A stretch of DNA of 64,000 bases from an uncultured Gemmatimonadaceae bacterium (GTDB taxonomy: Bacteria; Gemmatimonadota; Gemmatimonadetes; Gemmatimonadales; Gemmatimonadaceae): NCBI GenBank assembly GCA_963817955.1, contig CAWFQK010000004.1, positions 1,024,001 through 1,088,000 of the forward strand, in the 5' to 3' direction. Both the position numbers and the translations under genes were made by a program. Positions 1-10,530 of the stretch are shown here, piece by piece; the stretch's first letter is position 1; the number at the start of each line of letters is the position of its first letter. The notes beneath the pieces are model-generated. The model was not told the origin of the DNA and searched no databases. It worked only from the letters and a program-made list of their open reading frames with translations.

Positions 1-7
1 TCGCGTA

Positions 8-215
8 CAACATCAGACCCTCGGCCGTCAACAGCAGACCCTCGGCCGTTGAGGCCTCTCTCACGCGACCGCACGTCGGAATCATCCGTGTCGACATGGA
101 ACAGATCGTTGTCGACATGGGATAGATCGTTGTCGACGTGGAAGGGGTCCGCGTCCACAGGCAATGGCTCGGCGTTCAGGACCCAGTCGCTCGCGTTCAG
201 CTGGGATGGCTGACG
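8..215. repeat. 21-bp-period tandem repeats (two unit types)
   Basis: CAACA(T/G)CAGACCCTCGGCCGT x2 at 8-49. TGTCGACATGG(AAC/GAT)AGATCGT units start at 89, 110 and 131 and decay by ~215. Confidence 0.8.
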
Positions 216-354
216 TAGCCGATGGAATCGTCCGTTGTGCAGGCCCCACGCCCGATCGTGAAGCGCGCAGGCGCCCGTCTCGAGGACGGACTCCTCGCGT
301 GACACGCAAGACCACCGCTTCTCACGCAGACACCGACCGGTCGGAACGAGGCTC

Positions 355-500
355 CGATTCTTCCGAAGGCAACTCTGTCTCTCCCGAAGACGCCTCCGTC
401 GATTCCGACGACCATTCCGTCACTCCCGACGACCATTCCGTCGCTTCCGACGACGTTTCCGTTGCTTCCGACGACCACTTCACTGCTTTCGATGGCGATT
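355..500. repeat. 21-bp-period tandem array (~7 degenerate units)
   Basis: Units such as CGTCGATTCCGACGACCATTC, CGTCACTCCCGACGACCATTC and CGTCGCTTCCGACGACGTTTC. Confidence 0.8.
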
Positions 501-661
501 GCGGCACGTCTCACACCTGTTATTCCTCATTTCGCTCCGGCGCTTCGGCGCCCGCCGGCGTGCCGTTCTCTTTCCACGCACACGGAGCCCCTCGGAGGCC
601 ATCTGAAAGATCGTGAAGGCCACACCGTGGAGACTGCTCCGCCGCAGCGGCGCGCCGGCAC

Positions 662-748
662 GAAACACGGGACACGGGACACGAGATAGGCGACACGAGA
701 TAAGGGACACGAGACAGGAGGCGCGGGACATGGGATGCGAGACACGAG
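662..748 (+). repeat. GACACG(G/A) heptamer tandem array
   Basis: aacacgg gacacgg gacacga gatagg cgacacga gataagg gacacga..., upstream of the M14 gene. Confidence 0.8.
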
Positions 749-900
749 CCCCATTGTATACAGTACGCTCCGTCCCCAGACGGTCCCCTGCAGCAGTCCC
801 TCGCGCGACGGCGCACTTCGACGTAAATCTTTGCAGCGTACAAAAGTTCGTTTTGCTGGCTTTCCCGCCCGTTCCTCCGTTATCCGCACAAGGAGATAGG

Positions 901-3900
901 ATGTCCCGTTCGACAGGTTCAATGCGTCGATGGACCACGGCGTTCATCGCCGCCGGCGCACTGTCGCAGGTACCGATCGCGCCCGCCGCGGCGCAGTCGC
1001 AGAAGATGGATCAGGAGTACACGGCCCAGATCAAGAAGTACTTATCCGACCCCCGCATCTCGACGGAACTGGTCGATCACCTTCCTGCGTCGAGCACCGT
1101 GCCGACGCCGCTCAAGTTTCTCGGGCACATCGTGGGTGCGCCGGGGGTTCTCGATCACGCGGCTGACATCCACAAGTATCTCCAGGCGGTCGCGAAGGCA
1201 TCGCCGAAGCGCGCCAAATTCTGGACGATCGGCAAGACCGAGGAAGGGCGCGACATGGTGCTCCTCGCCATTGCCGACGAGCAGACCATTGCCAATCTCG
1301 ACAAATACAAGGGCTACCTGAATCAGCTCACCGATCCGCGCAAGACGACGGAAGCACAGGCGCAGAAGCTGATCCATACCGCCAAGCCCATCTACTGGAT
1401 CACGAGCGGCATGCACTCGCCGGAGTCCGGCGGTCCCGAGATGTTGATGGAATTGGCGTACCGTCTCACGGTGGAAGAAACACCGTTCGTCAAGAACATC
1501 CGCGACAACGTGATCACCTTCATCACCCCGGTGATCGAGGTGGACGGTCGCGAGAAATTCGTCGACAATCACAACTTCAACGAGCAGTGGAACAAGGACC
1601 ACCCGAGCACCGGGCCGGCCACCGGCCGGGGCGGCGGCGCGTTGTCGCTCATGTACTGGGGCAAGTACGTGCAGCACGACAATAATCGCGACGGCATGGG
1701 GCAGTTCCTGGACCTGACGAAGAACACGACCAAGACGTTCCTCGAATGGACGCCGACCGTGCTGCACGATCTGCACGAGGCACAGACGTATCTGTATGCC
1801 TCCACCGGTAGCGGCCCGTACAACGACGCGCTCGACCCGATCGTCGTGGATGAGTGGTGGATGCTCGCGAAGAACGACGTGATGGAGATGACGAAGCGTG
1901 GCGTGCCCGGCGTGTGGACCTACGGGTTCTACGACGGCTGGGTACCGAACTACATGTTCTTCATCGCGCACACACACAACGCGATCGGCCGCTTTTACGA
2001 AGTGCAGAGCTACTGTCAGGGCTCGTGCGGCAATTACGTCGTCAAGCCCGGCGCCACGACGACGAGCAAGGAATGGTTCCGTCCGAATCCACCGCTCGAC
2101 TCGATCATGTGGAGCCCGCGCGCCAACACGAACATTCAGGAGTCGGCCATCCTGTTCTCGCTGTCGCACATGGCAAAGAACAAGGAATCCTACCTGGACA
2201 ACTACTGGCGCAAGAACAAGCGCGCGATCGCCAAGGCGACCGCGCATCCGGGCAGCGTCGCCGCGTGGGTCATTCCGGCAAATCAGCATGCCCGTCAGAA
2301 TACGGCGGAAGCGGTGAACGACCTGAAGACGCAGGGACTGGAAATCCACACCGCGACGTCGTCGTTCAAGGCCGGCAACGTCCAGGTGAACGCCGGCGAC
2401 TACATCGTGCGCGGCGACCAGCCGTACCGCACGCTCGCCGACATGTACTTCTCGCTCCAGAACTTCTCCCCGGCCAACCCGTCGCCGTACGACGACACGG
2501 GCTGGACCTTTCCGATGATGCGGAACATCACCATCACGGAAGTCACCGACAAGAGTATTCTCAACCAGCCCATGGCGCCGGTGAAGGGCGACGTCACGGC
2601 GCCGGGCGGTATCAGCGGCAGCGGCACCACCGTGATCGTCGAGAACAACAGCGACAACACGCTCGTCAGCTTCCGCTTCAAGTTCCCGAATGTGAAGATG
2701 GCAGCGGCGGAAGATGCGTTCGATGCCAGTGGCCACCATTTCGGTGCGGGCGCGATCATCATCGAGAACGCCAATCGGGCACAGCTCGATCCAGCGCTCA
2801 AGAAGTTCGGCCTGGCCGGTTTCGCGGCAACGGCGGCCCCGGCGGTCAAGAGTCACGACCTCGAGGTGCCGCGCATCGGGTACATCCATAGCTGGACGCG
2901 TACGCAGGACGAAGGATGGGTGCGCGCGGCGCTCGATACGTACGGCGTGCCGTACACGTACTTCGGCGAGAACCAGGTCGCGAAGCTCGGCGATCTGCGC
3001 ACCAAGTACGACGTCATCATCTACCCGCACGGCGGCAGCGGCGTGGGCAACGTCGGTGGCGGCCGTGGCGGCGCAGCGGCCAACGTGCCAGTCCCCTACA
3101 AGAGCACCAAGGCGTTCCCGTCACTCGGCTTCCCCGATTCGACGGACGACGTCCGCGGCGCGCTTGGCGAGGAGGGCATGAAGGCGCTGTACGCCTTCGT
3201 GCAGCACGGCGGCACGCTGATTACCGAGGGCAACACGTCGCAGATTCTGCCGGAAATGAACCTCACACCGGGCGTGAAGGTGGAAGCCGCGAACGGCCTG
3301 TTCGCGCGCGGCACGATCTTGCGCGGCGTGATCGCCGATGCCAAGAGTCCGATCGTCTACGGCTACAACCACACCGATGTGCCGGTCTACTTCAGTTCGA
3401 GCCCGGTGTTGAACGCCGGTGCCGGTGCAATGCCGATCGCAGACAATCCGGCTCTGGCGGGCCGCGGTGGCCGGACCGGCAGCGTTACACAGAACATCAC
3501 GCCGATGGCGACTCCTCTGAAGCTGTCGGTCTGGGATCCGGACCACACGGGAGTGGCGTACGGACTGGCGACGAGCATCGGTAACGACTTCAACGTCGCG
3601 CAGGCTGGTCAGCCCGCCGCTGGTCGCGGCGGTCGCGGCGGCGCAGGCGCCGGCGGCTTTGGTGGGGCCGGTGCCGCAGGGCCGGCGAGCGTTCCGGGAC
3701 TCACGGCTGATCCGAACAGCTCCACGCGAGTCGTGATGCAGTTCCCCGCGAAGGCCGAGGACATGCTGCTCTCCGGCACGTTGGAGAACGGCGCACTCCT
3801 GTCCAACCGTGCACAACTCGTGGACGAGTCGATCGGCAGCGGTCACGTCGTGATGTTCGCGATCCGACCGTTCTGGCGGTGGCAGACCCAGGGCACGTTC

Positions 3901-3954
3901 GCGATGGGCTTCAACGCGATCATGAACTGGAACCACCTGAACGCGGGCAAGTAG
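901..3954 (+). CDS. Secreted M14 family zinc carboxypeptidase with C-terminal GATase-like domain
   Basis: AGGAG RBS before ATG 901, signal peptide ending AAAQ, zinc motifs HSPE (HxxE), NRD and DLHE. Confidence 0.85.
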   Translation: MSRSTGSMRRWTTAFIAAGALSQVPIAPAAAQSQKMDQEYTAQIKKYLSDPRISTELVDHLPASSTVPTPLKFLGHIVGAPGVLDHAADIHKYLQAVAKASPKRAKFWTIGKTEEGRDMVLLAIADEQTIANLDKYKGYLNQLTDPRKTTEAQAQKLIHTAKPIYWITSGMHSPESGGPEMLMELAYRLTVEETPFVKNIRDNVITFITPVIEVDGREKFVDNHNFNEQWNKDHPSTGPATGRGGGALSLMYWGKYVQHDNNRDGMGQFLDLTKNTTKTFLEWTPTVLHDLHEAQTYLYASTGSGPYNDALDPIVVDEWWMLAKNDVMEMTKRGVPGVWTYGFYDGWVPNYMFFIAHTHNAIGRFYEVQSYCQGSCGNYVVKPGATTTSKEWFRPNPPLDSIMWSPRANTNIQESAILFSLSHMAKNKESYLDNYWRKNKRAIAKATAHPGSVAAWVIPANQHARQNTAEAVNDLKTQGLEIHTATSSFKAGNVQVNAGDYIVRGDQPYRTLADMYFSLQNFSPANPSPYDDTGWTFPMMRNITITEVTDKSILNQPMAPVKGDVTAPGGISGSGTTVIVENNSDNTLVSFRFKFPNVKMAAAEDAFDASGHHFGAGAIIIENANRAQLDPALKKFGLAGFAATAAPAVKSHDLEVPRIGYIHSWTRTQDEGWVRAALDTYGVPYTYFGENQVAKLGDLRTKYDVIIYPHGGSGVGNVGGGRGGAAANVPVPYKSTKAFPSLGFPDSTDDVRGALGEEGMKALYAFVQHGGTLITEGNTSQILPEMNLTPGVKVEAANGLFARGTILRGVIADAKSPIVYGYNHTDVPVYFSSSPVLNAGAGAMPIADNPALAGRGGRTGSVTQNITPMATPLKLSVWDPDHTGVAYGLATSIGNDFNVAQAGQPAAGRGGRGGAGAGGFGGAGAAGPASVPGLTADPNSSTRVVMQFPAKAEDMLLSGTLENGALLSNRAQLVDESIGSGHVVMFAIRPFWRWQTQGTFAMGFNAIMNWNHLNAGK

Positions 3955-3990
3955 CGGCTGGTTGCTGATTGCTGGTTGTGAGATGAGCAG

Positions 3991-4020
3991 AAGGCGCGGG
4001 CCAAGTGGTCCGCGCCTTTT
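3991..4020 (+). terminator. Rho-independent terminator
   Basis: AAGGCGCGGGCCA-AG-TGGTCCGCGCCTTTT after the M14 stop, preceded by GCTG(G/A)TT heptamers (3957-3977). Confidence 0.75.
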
Positions 4021-4130
4021 GCGTTGCTGCAACACTCCGGTGCGCAACCGCACGCTGTGGCCTTCTTGACAGACTGGTGTTTGGAAGAAAGTGTATCCCG
4101 TCGGTCACTGCCTGAAAACCTCGAGAGATC

Positions 4131-5453
4131 ATGCTTCGCCGCTCAGCGGTACTCCTCTTCCTTGCGACGTCTGCGCCCGCTGTCGCCCAGGTTCCCATCG
4201 ACTCCGCGCTTGCCCGGTACATCAATGGCGTTCGCGCCATCGATGACCACGCGCACCCTATGCGCCCGGTTCGGCCAGGCGCGCCGGCTGACACGGAGTA
4301 CGACGCGCTCCCCCTCGACGGAATCCCGTCTTTCGATATGCCCAATCGACTCAAGGCAGACGACCAGGTGTGGCGCGCGGCGCAGAATGCGCTCTACCAC
4401 GTCCCGCTGGGCGCCGCCGGCCCGCAGTATCACGCCGCGCTCGAGGCGGCGGTGGCAAACACCGCGCGCGCCCAAGGAATGCGCTTCGCGGAATGGGCGC
4501 TCGATCAGGCGGGCATCGACATCATGCTGGCGAATCGCATTGTGCTCGGACCGGGACTCGCGCCGCCGCGGTTCAGGTGGGTGGCGTTTGCCGACGCGCT
4601 GATGCTGCCACTCGATACACGCGCCGAAGCGGCGCGAACGCCGGATACCAGATCGCTGTATCCGCGAGAAACGAAGCTGCTGCACCGCTACATGCGTGAT
4701 TTGAACCTCCGCGCATTGCCGGCAACGCTCGATGAGTACGTGCGCGTCGTCATTGTGCCAACCCTGGCTCGACAACGAGCGAGCGGCGCGGTGGCGATCA
4801 AATTCGAGGCGGCGTATCTGCGTCCGCTCGATTTCGACGATGCCGATGCCGCTTCGGCGAGACGGATCTACGCTCGCTATGCCGCCGGCGGCACGCCTTC
4901 ACACGGGGAGTACAAGACGCTCCAGGACTATTTGTTCCGCGTCATCGCGCGCGAAGCCGGGCGTCAGAAGCTGGCCGTGCAGCTGCACGTGCTCGAGACG
5001 TTCGGCGGATTCTACTCACCCCGTGGCAGCGCACCGCATCTGCTCGAGCCGGTGTTCAATGATTCAACACTCCGCGGCACCCGTTTCGTCATGGTGCACG
5101 GTGGCTGGCCACTCGTAGGTGAGGCGCAGGGTCAGCTCAGCAAGCCGAACGTGTACGCCGACATCTCGATGATCGACGACATCCTCTCGCCCACGGTACT
5201 TGCTGGCGTGCTCCGCCAATGGCTCGGTGAGTGGCCGAGCAAGGTGATGTTCGGCAGCGACGCGTTCGACGGCGGCGCCGAGCAGGGATGGGAGCAGGTC
5301 GCCTTGGTCGGCGCGACGACGGCGCGTCGGGCGCTGGCGATCGCGCTCTCGGGCATGATGCGTGACGGCGAGATCGACCGCGCCAGGGCCGAGCAGTTGG
5401 CGCGCATGGTGTTGCGAGAAAACGCGGCGACGGTGTACGGATTGGCGAAGTAG
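4131..5453 (+). CDS. Secreted amidohydrolase family protein (Amidohydro_2-like)
   Basis: Signal peptide and motifs IDDHAH, QLH, VHGGWP, FGSD. Confidence 0.8.
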   Translation: MLRRSAVLLFLATSAPAVAQVPIDSALARYINGVRAIDDHAHPMRPVRPGAPADTEYDALPLDGIPSFDMPNRLKADDQVWRAAQNALYHVPLGAAGPQYHAALEAAVANTARAQGMRFAEWALDQAGIDIMLANRIVLGPGLAPPRFRWVAFADALMLPLDTRAEAARTPDTRSLYPRETKLLHRYMRDLNLRALPATLDEYVRVVIVPTLARQRASGAVAIKFEAAYLRPLDFDDADAASARRIYARYAAGGTPSHGEYKTLQDYLFRVIAREAGRQKLAVQLHVLETFGGFYSPRGSAPHLLEPVFNDSTLRGTRFVMVHGGWPLVGEAQGQLSKPNVYADISMIDDILSPTVLAGVLRQWLGEWPSKVMFGSDAFDGGAEQGWEQVALVGATTARRALAIALSGMMRDGEIDRARAEQLARMVLRENAATVYGLAK

Positions 5454-5454
5454 C

Positions 5455-7116
5455 CTAACGACGACGGCTCGCCGTGCCGTGCATCGACCCGAACATGACG
5501 GTCAGCGCGATCGCGGCAGCGCCTCCGAGCACTTCGGCAAGCAGCAACCGGCCGGCGTTGAACGCCTGATAGCACGTAATGCCGCACGCCGTCGCCAGCA
5601 CGCAGTAGATGAGCTGATGCACGCCGGCGTACACCACGAGGACCGATTCATCGATCTCGGTCACACGCACTTGGAACTCCCCACGGTTCGCCCGCTCGAG
5701 CACGCGCTCGATGTCGGCTGGGATGGAGATTGCCCGGCGCGCCCAGGCGGTGAGCTCCGTCCGCAGGAAGTCGCCCCAATCACGTTGTTCGCCGAGTACG
5801 ACTTCCTCCAGATAGGGTCGAATGACCGTCATCGGGTTCCACGACGGCTCCAACTCCGTACACAGTCCCAGGAGCAAGAGCAGCGTGCGCTCCAAGAGCA
5901 CCCAGTCCTTCGGCACCTGAAAAGTAGAGGTCAGCTGCCGGAACGATACGTCGAGCCTTCTGAGGTCGGCCAGCGCCTCCAGCTCCTTGTGCATATCGAC
6001 CTGCAGACTGCCAAGACTGAACGAGTCCCGAGATAGTTGCTCCAAGAACCGGCGCTGTGCATAGTCGATGACCTTGCCGGCGACGTCGGCGCTGGCCGGA
6101 TCCAGGGCAACGAACCCCATCGTACGAATGGCGTCGGTAATGCGCGGAGCGTCACGGTGGATGACGCCGCCGAGGAACGCGAGGATGCCCTGCTTCATCT
6201 GCGGCGCAAGCACGCCCACTGCCCCGAAGTCGACGAAGACAATGGCCCCGTCGCGCCCGACGAAGATGTTGCCCGGATGCGGGTCGGCGTGGTACACGCC
6301 ATCCACGAAGATCATGTGACAATACGCGCCCACGATCCACTCGGCGAGCTGACGGCGATCGAGCCCGCGCGCCTTGAGCTCGGCGAAATCCGTGATCTTC
6401 GTGCCGTCGATGTACTCCGTGACGAGGACGCGCGTCGATGACAACTCGCGGACGACGTGCGGAAACCGCACCGTCGGATCGCCAACGAAATGCTCCGCGA
6501 CACGCTGGATGTTGGTCGCCTCCCGCGCGAAGTCGAGCTCCTCGGAGATCATCGCGCTGATCTCCGGGTGATATGCCTCGAGACCGCGGACGCGAGTGAA
6601 GAACTGCACGATGCGCAGCAACCGGCCGATCGTGTGGAGATCCTCCTGTGCAACGCGCTCGATGTCGGCGTGCTGCGCCTTGACGGCCACCTTGCGCCCA
6701 TCGTGCAGCACGGCGACATGCACCTGGGCCAGAGATGCAGTGGCCACCGGTTCCGGATCGAAGGATGCGAAGATCTTTTCCGGATCCGCGCCAAGCTCAG
6801 CGCGAAGTCGTTTGAGGATCTCATCGTACGGGCGCGGCGGCAGGCTATCCTGCAGCCCCTCCAGCTCACTGCGGAACTCTCCGGGAAGGAAGTTGGACAT
6901 GATGCTGATCAACTGTCCCACCTTGATGAACAGGCCGCCGGCCCCGACAATCGTGCGCTGAATGCGGCGCGCATTGACGCGGTGTCGCCGCTCGAGCGCG
7001 GCGGCGTAGCGCTCAGGCCCTATGAAGGGACGCCTGACGCCGAGCCAGAAGTAACTGGCCAGCACGTGTGCCGTCGTGCCGTAAATTCGGAGAAGTCGAA
7101 AGCGAGGCTGTGCCAT
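5455..7116 (-). CDS. AarF/ABC1/UbiB family atypical kinase
   Basis: IKVGQ, ASLAQVH, VAVK, HADPHPGN and DFG motifs, with C-terminal TM helices. Confidence 0.9.
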   Translation of the reverse strand: MAQPRFRLLRIYGTTAHVLASYFWLGVRRPFIGPERYAAALERRHRVNARRIQRTIVGAGGLFIKVGQLISIMSNFLPGEFRSELEGLQDSLPPRPYDEILKRLRAELGADPEKIFASFDPEPVATASLAQVHVAVLHDGRKVAVKAQHADIERVAQEDLHTIGRLLRIVQFFTRVRGLEAYHPEISAMISEELDFAREATNIQRVAEHFVGDPTVRFPHVVRELSSTRVLVTEYIDGTKITDFAELKARGLDRRQLAEWIVGAYCHMIFVDGVYHADPHPGNIFVGRDGAIVFVDFGAVGVLAPQMKQGILAFLGGVIHRDAPRITDAIRTMGFVALDPASADVAGKVIDYAQRRFLEQLSRDSFSLGSLQVDMHKELEALADLRRLDVSFRQLTSTFQVPKDWVLLERTLLLLLGLCTELEPSWNPMTVIRPYLEEVVLGEQRDWGDFLRTELTAWARRAISIPADIERVLERANRGEFQVRVTEIDESVLVVYAGVHQLIYCVLATACGITCYQAFNAGRLLLAEVLGGAAAIALTVMFGSMHGTASRRR

Positions 7117-7209
7117 GCATCGATGGGATGGTGGTTCTCCCGCCCGGACGACTTACAGTCTAATGTATCTGGCAACCGCTGGCGTTCTCACACCTCCTCG
7201 TCCCCTCCG

Positions 7210-9150
7210 ATGCCCCTCCGAGATGCCCGTACGCCGCTCCGCCACCGTGCGGCGATGATGGCGGCACTGCTGATTCCGATCGCGGCAATGGGCGCCGCGG
7301 GGCAAGTCCGACCATTGGTGGCGGATACGAGCCACTTCCGCGCACTCACGCTGCCGACGCCAAACGTCTATCGCACCGGTTCCGGTCGTCCCGGACCGAA
7401 GTATTGGCAGCAGCGCGTGGACTATCGAATCACCGCGACGCTCGACCCGGACCAGAATGAGCTACGGGGACGCGAAACCATCCACTACGTGAATCACTCG
7501 CCGGATACGCTCGTTTATTTGTGGATGTACGTCGAGCAGAACATCTGCGAACCGACGAGCGTCACGAACGTCCTCAATCAGCCGCCGCTCGTGTTCCTGG
7601 GAACCAGCTTCGACTTCTCCTGCGGCGGCTTCGACAGTACGCCGCGGCTGGACTCGCTCACGATCGCCGGACGGGAAGTGCGGCGAACGCGCTACGGTAC
7701 CACCCTCCGTATCGATCTCGACCATCCGCTTGCGCCAGGCGCAGCACTCGACGTCAGCGCCACGTGGCGTTTCAAGGTACCGGCCCAGGGTGGCGGCCGC
7801 ATGGGGCACGACGGCCCGCTGTACGAGATCGCGCAATGGTATCCCCGCATGGCTGTCTACGACGATGTGAAGGGCTGGAATCACGAGCCATACATTGGCG
7901 CCGGCGAGTTCTATCTCGAGTATGGCAGCTTCGACGTTTCGCTCACCGTCCCAGCGTCATACATCGTTGCGGCGACCGGCGAGTTGCGGAATCCCGAGCA
8001 GGTGCTCACAGCCGATCAACGGCGCCGGTTGGCGCTCGCACGACGCTCGGACACGACCGTCGCCATCATCACCGGAGCAGACGCCGGCAACGTGCAGCGC
8101 ACGCGTCCGAGACAGAGCGGCAGCATGACGTGGCACTTCACGGCCACGAACGTGCGCGATTTCGCGTTCGCGGGCGGTCCTGGCTTTCGATGGGACGCGA
8201 GCGGATACAAGGGCATACTCATCGAGTCATTGTATCGTCCCACGGCCGACAAGTGGCATGAGGTGAACACGATCGGACGTGAAGCGATCAAGTACTACAG
8301 CGAGCAGTGGTTTCCGTATCCCTACTCGCACGCCACGACGGTGGAAGGGCCGGTGGAGGGCATGGAGTATCCCATGCTCACCTTCACGCCGAATAGCCCG
8401 ACGCGCGAGGATCAGCAATGGGTGATCGCTCACGAATTCGGGCATGAGTGGTTTCCAATGATCGTGGGCTCCAACGAGCGGCTCTACCCATGGATGGACG
8501 AGGGCTTCAACACGTTCATTGACCTCGGCAACGCCGCGAAGTATTTCGCCGGCACCCCGTACGGCGACACGATCGAGTTGCATCCGCTGCACCTCTATGC
8601 CGAACACGCCCTGCCGGGCAACGAGCAGCCGCTGATCGAGAAACCGGTCGAGGTGCGCGACCTGTTCTGGGGCGGCTACCAGAAGCCCGCGCTGATGATG
8701 CAGATGCTGCGCTACGAAGTGCTCGGGAAGGACCGCTTCGACGCCGCATTTCGCACCTACATTCGCGCCTGGGCCTATAAGCATCCGACGCCCACCGACT
8801 TCTTCCGCGTCATGCGGGATCAGTCGGGCATGGAGCTGGACTGGTTCTGGCGCGACTGGGTCTTCACCACGGCACGCCTGGATCAGGCGGTCGATTCCGT
8901 CAGTCGCGCCGCCGACGGCACGGTGACGGTGCACCTGAGCAATCGCGGCACCATGGTCATGCCCGGCGAATTGGCGATCACGTTCGACGACGGCACGACG
9001 GCCACGGTGAAGCTACCGATCGAGATGTGGAATCTTGGCGATCGGTTCAGCTATCGCGTGCCGGGAAAGAAAGTAGTGCGGAGTGTGGAGATTGATCCGC
9101 GACATGCGCTGCCGGATGTCGATCGGTCGAATAATCGATGGCCGAGGTGA
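7210..9150 (+). CDS. Secreted M1 family metallopeptidase
   Basis: GMEYP and HEFGH(x18)E motifs, YWQQRVDY near the N-terminus. Start at 7210 or 7255. Confidence 0.88.
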   Translation: MPLRDARTPLRHRAAMMAALLIPIAAMGAAGQVRPLVADTSHFRALTLPTPNVYRTGSGRPGPKYWQQRVDYRITATLDPDQNELRGRETIHYVNHSPDTLVYLWMYVEQNICEPTSVTNVLNQPPLVFLGTSFDFSCGGFDSTPRLDSLTIAGREVRRTRYGTTLRIDLDHPLAPGAALDVSATWRFKVPAQGGGRMGHDGPLYEIAQWYPRMAVYDDVKGWNHEPYIGAGEFYLEYGSFDVSLTVPASYIVAATGELRNPEQVLTADQRRRLALARRSDTTVAIITGADAGNVQRTRPRQSGSMTWHFTATNVRDFAFAGGPGFRWDASGYKGILIESLYRPTADKWHEVNTIGREAIKYYSEQWFPYPYSHATTVEGPVEGMEYPMLTFTPNSPTREDQQWVIAHEFGHEWFPMIVGSNERLYPWMDEGFNTFIDLGNAAKYFAGTPYGDTIELHPLHLYAEHALPGNEQPLIEKPVEVRDLFWGGYQKPALMMQMLRYEVLGKDRFDAAFRTYIRAWAYKHPTPTDFFRVMRDQSGMELDWFWRDWVFTTARLDQAVDSVSRAADGTVTVHLSNRGTMVMPGELAITFDDGTTATVKLPIEMWNLGDRFSYRVPGKKVVRSVEIDPRHALPDVDRSNNRWPR

Positions 9151-9347
9151 GACACGGGACACGGGACACGGGACACGAGAAACTCACAACGCACAACTCA
9201 CCACTGGAAACTCGAAACTCGCCGACCGGTGGGCCGACCGGTACGGAGCAGCCAGCGACATCCAGCCGGTCAAAAGAGATCCTTCGCTCCGCTCAGGATG
9301 ACAGGCCGTCGCTCCGGATGACGTGCCTTCGCGTGTCCCGTGTCCCG
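9151..9347. repeat. Composite intergenic repeat: heptamer arrays, ~80-bp core, GAGATCCTTCG...CAGGATGACA unit, inverted heptamers
   Basis: Core matches copies at 51421-51537, 59487-59630 and 60206-60341. The 3' part matches 16333-16422. Confidence 0.85.
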
Positions 9348-9351
9348 CATT

Positions 9352-10530
9352 TTACGCCGGCCAGATGTTGCCGAGCACGCGTGCCCAGTTGCCGCCGAGT
9401 ATGAGTTTGATCTGATCGTCCGAGTACTTGCGGCGGATGAGTCCTTCGGTGAGGTCGTACATCCGTAACGGATGATCCAGGCCGCGGATCGTCAAGCGGC
9501 CGCTGGCGTCTGAGTGCACGTGATAGCGATCGAAGTTCGGCTGGCTGCTTGGCATCTGTTGCTTCGTGCCAGTCACCGGATTCGGGTTGCCTGGGATGTC
9601 CATGTCGCTACCCACACCGACATGCTCGACACCGACGAGTCTCGCCACGTAATCGAAATGATCGAGTGCGTCCTCGATCGTGACAGGCTCACGGTCCTTG
9701 ATCACGAAGCGGAGGAAAGGAATGCCCATGACACCGCCGGTCGCCGCCATCTTGCGGATCGCCTCGTCGGTCTTGCAGCGGAGGTGGCCCGGCACGAGCG
9801 CGCGACAACTGGCATGGCTGAAGATCACCGGCTTCGTGGCGGAGGTGAGCGTGTCCAGGGTGGTGCGATCGGCGCAGTGCGATACGTCGACCGCCATGCC
9901 CACCTGTTCCATGCGTCGCACGATAGAATGGCCGAAAATCGTGAGACCGCTATCACTCTCCTCCAGGAACCCTGACCCGATACGGTTTTGATAGTTGTAG
10001 GTGAGCTGCGACACCCGCTGGCCAAGGGTGAAGAACTCATCCACATCATCAGGCGACCGAAAGTGATCGGAGTTCTGGAAGGTGAGCATCACGCCCATCC
10101 GACCGGGCGTCCGGACACGATCGAAGTCCTTGACGTCGTCGATCCGGGTGAACCACTGATCGTAGCTCGCTACGAAGCCGCTCCACTCGGCGAACCATTT
10201 GATGGCGCTCTGATAGTCGTTGGCGCTGTGTCCCAGCGCGAGCACACGGATGTGCGAGGCCCGATACGGTTCGAAATCGGCGGCGGTGAACGAATTCGCC
10301 TTCGTGAGCCAGAGCGTCGCTTTGGGCGGTTGTACCGCAAAGTCGTCGAACCGGAACTGATTCAGCAGATCAATGGCCAGCGCTTCTTCCATGAGTCGCA
10401 CGGCGCGCGCCGAATACTCTTGCTGCGAGTGCGCGGTCAGGCGAAAGCGACCGCGCAGAATCATCGGCGCTGCCAGGGCTACGACGGCGAGTTCCTTGAG
10501 CGACTCGCGTCGGGATATGGGCTGGGTCAT
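9352..10530 (-). CDS. Membrane dipeptidase (M19), Tat-like signal
   Basis: SRRESL N-terminus and motifs LTYN, DVSH, FSH, HVGVGSD, ILGGNW. Confidence 0.88.
   Translation of the reverse strand: MTQPISRRESLKELAVVALAAPMILRGRFRLTAHSQQEYSARAVRLMEEALAIDLLNQFRFDDFAVQPPKATLWLTKANSFTAADFEPYRASHIRVLALGHSANDYQSAIKWFAEWSGFVASYDQWFTRIDDVKDFDRVRTPGRMGVMLTFQNSDHFRSPDDVDEFFTLGQRVSQLTYNYQNRIGSGFLEESDSGLTIFGHSIVRRMEQVGMAVDVSHCADRTTLDTLTSATKPVIFSHASCRALVPGHLRCKTDEAIRKMAATGGVMGIPFLRFVIKDREPVTIEDALDHFDYVARLVGVEHVGVGSDMDIPGNPNPVTGTKQQMPSSQPNFDRYHVHSDASGRLTIRGLDHPLRMYDLTEGLIRRKYSDDQIKLILGGNWARVLGNIWPA

Noticed and set aside
8..500. Possible CRISPR array
   Set aside because: Units are contiguous 21-mers without unique spacers, and there are no cas genes.
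613..900. N-terminal extension of the M14 ORF
   Set aside because: It translates the heptamer array. The RBS and signal peptide indicate a start at 901.
1042..3030. Long antisense ORFs (also 27047-28609, 36168-37577, 55398-57299 and others)
   Set aside because: Shadow frames of GC-rich genes with no recognisable motifs.
6457..7209. N-terminal extension of the M1 peptidase ORF
   Set aside because: It overlaps the UbiB-family gene antisense, and the signal-like sequence begins near 7210-7255.
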